Assembly (NCBI GenBank): GCA_032654565.1
Contig: JAULAX010000017.1
Span: 288,001 to 352,000, forward strand
Direction: 5' to 3'
DNA: 64,000 bases
Source: Anaeromyxobacteraceae bacterium
GTDB taxonomy: Bacteria > Myxococcota > Myxococcia > Myxococcales > Anaeromyxobacteraceae
Notes under the pieces: model-generated
Told to the model about the DNA's origin: nothing
What the model saw: only the letters and a program-made list of their open reading frames with translations
Databases searched by the model: none
Program-made: the position numbers and the translations under genes
Shown: positions 59,993-64,000 of the stretch, piece after piece
Position numbering within the stretch: position 1 is the stretch's first letter
Layout of the letters: each line of letters begins with the position of its first letter

Positions 59993-60016
59993 GGAAAAAC
60001 GCTACCACGCCCGGCG

Positions 60017-60503
60017 CTAGGTTCGGATGGCCTTCTTCCTCAGCTCGGCGGCCACGTGGGGAGGCACCAGCCCGGTGACGTCGCCCCCGAAGGTGGCCAC
60101 CTCGCGCACCAGCCGCGAGGAGACGTAGAAGTAGTCCTCCCCGGTCATCACGAAGACCGACTCGAACTCCGGCAGCAGCTTGCGGTTCATGTTGGCCAGC
60201 TGGAACTCGTAGTCGAAGTCGGAGACCGCCCGCAGGCCGCGCAGCACGGTGTGGATGCCGCGCCGGCGGGCGTACTCCACCAGCAGCCCGTCGAAGCTGT
60301 CCACCTCGACGCGCGGGTCGTTCCGCACCGCCTCGACGATGAACGCCTTGCGCTCGGCCACCGTGAAGAGCGGCGACTTCTGCGGGTTGTTGGCGACCGA
60401 GACCACCAGCCGGTCGAAGAGGTTGAGGCCGCGCTGGATGATGGCGACGTGGCCGTTGGTGAGCGGATCGAAGCTGCCGGGGGTAGATGGCGACGCGAGC
60501 CAT
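60017..60503 (-). CDS. coaD: phosphopantetheine adenylyltransferase, apparent +1 frameshift at codon ~8
   Basis: MARVAIYP followed out of frame by [30 protein letters not shown]. Extra base in the G5 run 60479-60483. Confidence 0.92.
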
Positions 60504-60520
60504 GGGTGGCGCAGTATCCC

Positions 60521-61057
60521 TCACTCCCGGGTGTAGATCGAGATCCCGGTGCCGCCGTAGCGGCGCGTCTCCACCAGGCGGAGCGGGCCCAGTTGGCCCG
60601 GCGGCGGCCGCCTGGCGTCGTGCTCCGCCACCGCCCGCCCCCCGGGGAGCAGCAGCGGCCCGGCCAGGGCCAGCCCGGCCTCCGGCCCCTCCAGGTAGGG
60701 CGGGTCGATGAAGGCCAGCGCGAACCCGGCCGGCAGCCGCGCCGCCACCGCCTCGGCCCGGCCGACGCGGACCTCGACCCGCTCGGTGAACCCCAGCGCC
60801 GCCACGTTGCGCCGCAGCACCTCGACGGCCCCGCGGTCGGCCTCGACGCAGACGGCGCCGGCGCAGCCCCGGGAGAGCGCCTCCAGGGCCAGCGCCCCGG
60901 TGCCGGCGTACAGGTCGAGCACCTGACCGCCGTCGAAGAACTGGCCGAGCATGTTGAAGACCGCGGCCCGGACCTTCTCGCCGGTGGGGCGGGTCCCCTG
61001 CCCCGGCGGCACCTCCAGCCGCCGCCCCCGGGCGCTCCCGGCGACGATCCGGGTCAC
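60521..61057 (-). CDS. rsmD: 16S rRNA m2G966 methyltransferase
   Basis: RIVAG..RGR, TRPT, LDLYAGTGALALEALSRG, DPPY; adjacent to coaD. Confidence 0.93.
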   Translation of the reverse strand: MTRIVAGSARGRRLEVPPGQGTRPTGEKVRAAVFNMLGQFFDGGQVLDLYAGTGALALEALSRGCAGAVCVEADRGAVEVLRRNVAALGFTERVEVRVGRAEAVAARLPAGFALAFIDPPYLEGPEAGLALAGPLLLPGGRAVAEHDARRPPPGQLGPLRLVETRRYGGTGISIYTRE

Positions 61058-62028
61058 GGCCCCGACCCGGCCCGGACCTGCTCGAGGTGGCGGGCCAGCC
61101 GCGGGGCGCTGCCGGTGGCCCCCAGCCGCTCCAGGAAGTCGAGCACCTCGCCGTAGGCCCGGGCCTCGAGCCGGGCCAGGTCACCCTCGCCCAGCGCCGC
61201 CTCGGCCCGCGCCAGCGGCGCCTCCCGGCTGTTCTCCGCCCCGGCCACGAGATCGAGCGCCAGCAGCGCCACGCTGGCCGCCACCCCGCCGTCGTCGCAG
61301 CCGGCCACCGGGGATCCGGCCAGGCTCTGGAGCAGCTCCGGCGTCACCGGCCCGCGGCGCAGCACCGGCGTGCCGGCCAGCGCCGCGCACAGGGCCAGCA
61401 GCTCGCGCACCTGCGCCTGCACCCCCTCCGGCGTGGTGGGCGCCTCGAGCGGCAGGCTGGCCACGTCGGGCAGGGCCTCGCTCCGGGCCAGGTCGCCGAA
61501 GAGCCGCCCCGCCTCGCGCTCGCCGCCGCGGGCCACCACGCAGTCGAGCCCCAGGCCGGCCTCCAGCGCCGGCGTCGCCACCCGCGCCAGCACCTCGGCC
61601 CGGGCCTCGGCCGGCACCGCCCCCAGATCGACGGTCAGGTGGGTCAGCCCGGCGTCGACCAGCGACCAGGCCGCCTTGAAGGCCGCCTCCACCTCGACGT
61701 CGCGCCGCCCCGCCACCCGCACCTCGCCGGCCAGGAAGATGGGCAGCCCGGCGGCCACCTCGTCGGCGGCCCGCACCACCGCCTGGAACCAGGGCTCCGG
61801 CGGCGAGCCGGCCGGCAGCGAGAGGCCGAGCACGCTCTGGAGCTGCTTGGCCGCCACCAGCGCCGCCCGGGCCACGCCCGGGGTCGGCGCCCGGACCAGC
61901 GGCAGGGTCAGCCGCAGCTCGGCGGCGGCCCGGATCAGGTCCTTGGAGGAGAGCGGGCAGGCGGCGCTGCGCGGCTCGAGCCGCTCCACCACGCGGGCCG
62001 GGCGGAAGGCGAGGACGGGCGAGAGCAC
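61054..62028 (-). CDS. degenerate class II fructose-bisphosphate aldolase-like protein
   Basis: SSKDLIRAA...ARAALVAAKQLQS, LVDAGLTHLTVD and LPDVASL recall the FBA II fold, but HLDH and the HG motifs are absent. Confidence 0.55.
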   Translation of the reverse strand: MLSPVLAFRPARVVERLEPRSAACPLSSKDLIRAAAELRLTLPLVRAPTPGVARAALVAAKQLQSVLGLSLPAGSPPEPWFQAVVRAADEVAAGLPIFLAGEVRVAGRRDVEVEAAFKAAWSLVDAGLTHLTVDLGAVPAEARAEVLARVATPALEAGLGLDCVVARGGEREAGRLFGDLARSEALPDVASLPLEAPTTPEGVQAQVRELLALCAALAGTPVLRRGPVTPELLQSLAGSPVAGCDDGGVAASVALLALDLVAGAENSREAPLARAEAALGEGDLARLEARAYGEVLDFLERLGATGSAPRLARHLEQVRAGSGP

Positions 62029-62094
62029 GGCCGAACATACCACGGGTGCGCGGCCGCCTCGCCGCCCGGGGGCGACGCTGCGGCGGCCCGCCGG

Positions 62095-63063
62095 TCAGTG
62101 ATCCTGCGGGCAGACGGCGTGGACGTGGGCGTAGCCGGCGGTCTCGATCTGCAGGGTGGTGTGGTCGATGTGGAAGCGATCGCAGAGCACCCGCTTCACC
62201 GCGGTGAGGATCTCGTCGTTGCGCCCCAGCGCCTCGGCCTTGATCACCACGTGGGCCGAGAGGGCGTAGAGCCCGCTGGAGATGGTCCAGAGGTGCAGGT
62301 CGTGGATGGCGTCGACGTCGGGGGAGGCCGCGGCCATGGTGGCCTGGACCTCGGCCAGCGAGAGGTGCCGGGGCACCCCCTCCATCAGCACGTCGGTGAT
62401 CTCGCGGATCAGCCCCACCGTCCCCCAGAGGATGAGCACGGCGATGGCCAGCGAGAGCGCCGGATCGAGCCAGCTCCAGCCGGGGCGCAGCCACATCACC
62501 CCGGCCCCGAGGAGGATGGCCACCGAGGAGACGGTGTCGGCGATGACGTGGAGGAACGCCGAGCGGGCGTTGAGGCCGTGGTCGTGGCGCAGCACGCCGA
62601 GGATGGCCAGGTTGGCGGCCAGCCCCACCGCCGCCACCGCCGCCATCAGCCCGAGCTGGACGGGCGGTGAGCCCTCGCGGAGCCGCTCGATGGCCTCCCA
62701 GCTGAGCCAGCCGGTCAGGAGCACCAGCCCGGCCACGTTGAGCTGGGCCGCCAGCACCTCGGCGCGCCGGAAGCCGAAGGTGCGCTTCTCGTCCGGCTTG
62801 CGGGTGGCCACCCAGGCCGCCACCAGCGCCAGCGCCAGCGCCCCGGCGTCGGTGAGCATGTGGCCGGCGTCGGAGAGCAGGGCCAGCGACCCGGACCAGA
62901 GCCCGCCCACCACCTCGGCCACCATGATGGTGGTGGTCAGGGCCAGCGAGAGGCCGAGCCGGCGCAGGCTCGAGCCCGGGGCGTGGCCGTGGACGTGCCC
63001 TTCGTGCGAGTCTCCGTGCTGGTGACCAGCGGGCCCATGGCCCTGATCCGTACCGCTCGACAT
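62095..63063 (-). CDS. CDF family Zn/Co/Cd efflux transporter (CzcD/ZitB-like)
   Basis: His-rich N-terminus, LALLSDAGHMLTD, FLHVIAD, HDLHLW, HTTLQIE. Confidence 0.94.
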   Translation of the reverse strand: MSSGTDQGHGPAGHQHGDSHEGHVHGHAPGSSLRRLGLSLALTTTIMVAEVVGGLWSGSLALLSDAGHMLTDAGALALALVAAWVATRKPDEKRTFGFRRAEVLAAQLNVAGLVLLTGWLSWEAIERLREGSPPVQLGLMAAVAAVGLAANLAILGVLRHDHGLNARSAFLHVIADTVSSVAILLGAGVMWLRPGWSWLDPALSLAIAVLILWGTVGLIREITDVLMEGVPRHLSLAEVQATMAAASPDVDAIHDLHLWTISSGLYALSAHVVIKAEALGRNDEILTAVKRVLCDRFHIDHTTLQIETAGYAHVHAVCPQDH

Positions 63064-63146
63064 CAGGCTTGAACCTCCGGGCCGGAGAGTCTACGTCAAA
63101 GGTGTAGCGGGCGGCGGGCCACGGCGCACGGAGGACGGCGAGGATC

Positions 63147-64000
63147 ATGGAGCAGCAGGCGCACCTGACGGCGGCCCGCGACGGCACCCGGCTCCACTGG
63201 ACCTCCAGCGGCGCCGGGGCCCCCACCGTGCTGCTCACCGACGGGGTCGGCTGCGCCGGCTACATCTGGCGCTTCCTCAAGCCGGAGCTGGCCCGGCGCC
63301 ACCGGGTCATCCACTGGAACTACCGCGGCCACGGCGAGAGCGAGGCCCCGGCCGACCCGGCCCGGGTCTCGGTGGCCGACTGCGTCGACGACCTCTTCGT
63401 GGTGCTCGACGCCGCCGGCGAGCAGCAGGTGGTGATCATGGGCCACTCCATGGGGGTGCAGGTGGCGCTGGAGGCCCACCGGCGCCAGCCGGAGCGGGTG
63501 GCCGGCCTGATCCTGGTCTGCGGCGCGCCGGGGCGGGCCCTCGACGCCGTCCACGACGTCCCCTTCGCCGCCGCCGCCCTCCCCTACGCCCAGGCCGCGG
63601 TCTCCCGCTTCCCCGGCCTCTCCCGGATGCTCTTCCGCTCGGTGATCCCCACCGACCTGTCGCTCAAGCTGGCCCTGGCCTTCGAGGTCAACGAGAAGCT
63701 GGTGGCCAGGGAGGACGTGGTCCGCTACCTCGACGACCTGGCCGACGTCGACCCGGCCCTCTTCGTCAAGCTGCTGGCCTCGGCGGCGCAGAGCGACGCC
63801 TCCGACCACCTCCCCTCCATCGCCCTGCCCACCCTGATCATCGCCGGCGAGCAGGACGCCTTCACCCCCATGTGGCTCTCGGTGAAGATGCACGCCGCCA
63901 TCCCCGGCAGCGAGCTGCTGGTGCTCCCCGGCGGCAGCCACGTCGGCCCGCTCGAGCACCCCGAGCTCTGCGAGCTGCGGGTGGAGAAGTACTTCAACGA
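63147..64000 (+). CDS. alpha/beta hydrolase (runs off the window end)
   Basis: DGTRLHW, NYRGHGES, GHSMG nucleophile elbow, GEQD, GGSH. Absent from the ORF track because there is no stop in the window. Confidence 0.9.
   Translation, partial: MEQQAHLTAARDGTRLHWTSSGAGAPTVLLTDGVGCAGYIWRFLKPELARRHRVIHWNYRGHGESEAPADPARVSVADCVDDLFVVLDAAGEQQVVIMGHSMGVQVALEAHRRQPERVAGLILVCGAPGRALDAVHDVPFAAAALPYAQAAVSRFPGLSRMLFRSVIPTDLSLKLALAFEVNEKLVAREDVVRYLDDLADVDPALFVKLLASAAQSDASDHLPSIALPTLIIAGEQDAFTPMWLSVKMHAAIPGSELLVLPGGSHVGPLEHPELCELRVEKYFN

Overview
Very high-GC chromosomal segment, most consistent with an Anaeromyxobacter-like member of the Myxococcota. The evidence is a LonD/BsgA-type Lon, a triheme c7 cytochrome, a Ser/Thr kinase plus FHA-GAF sigma54 activator operon, and a myxobacterial-type LexA box. 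About 57 genes, mostly core: hbd, mrp/apbC, rtcA, rluB-scpB-scpA-trpS, xerD, glnD, amiC, mutS, lexA, lon, mutL, tmk, thrC, recG, greA, carB, coaD, rsmD. I recognised no rRNA, tRNA, CRISPR array, IS element or prophage. Best leads: (1) an ORF-less sigma54 promoter -> C9-loop hairpin -> U8 unit at 44397-44495, a candidate sRNA about 1.4 kb downstream of a sigma54 activator gene in a kinase operon; (2) a SigW-like ECF sigma / ZAS anti-sigma / STN-STN-beta-helix membrane protein operon with an autoregulatory-type promoter and a 19-bp direct repeat; (3) an operon of a metallophosphoesterase (apparent ATC start), a membrane protein and a frameshifted coiled-coil-RelE-like fusion; (4) a greA leader hairpin, many apparently leaderless genes, a collagen-like lipoprotein islet, a eukaryote-type alanine aminotransferase and a class II aldolase-like pseudoenzyme. 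A frameshift in essential coaD warns that indel errors may be present. All calls come from reading motifs; no database searches were run.
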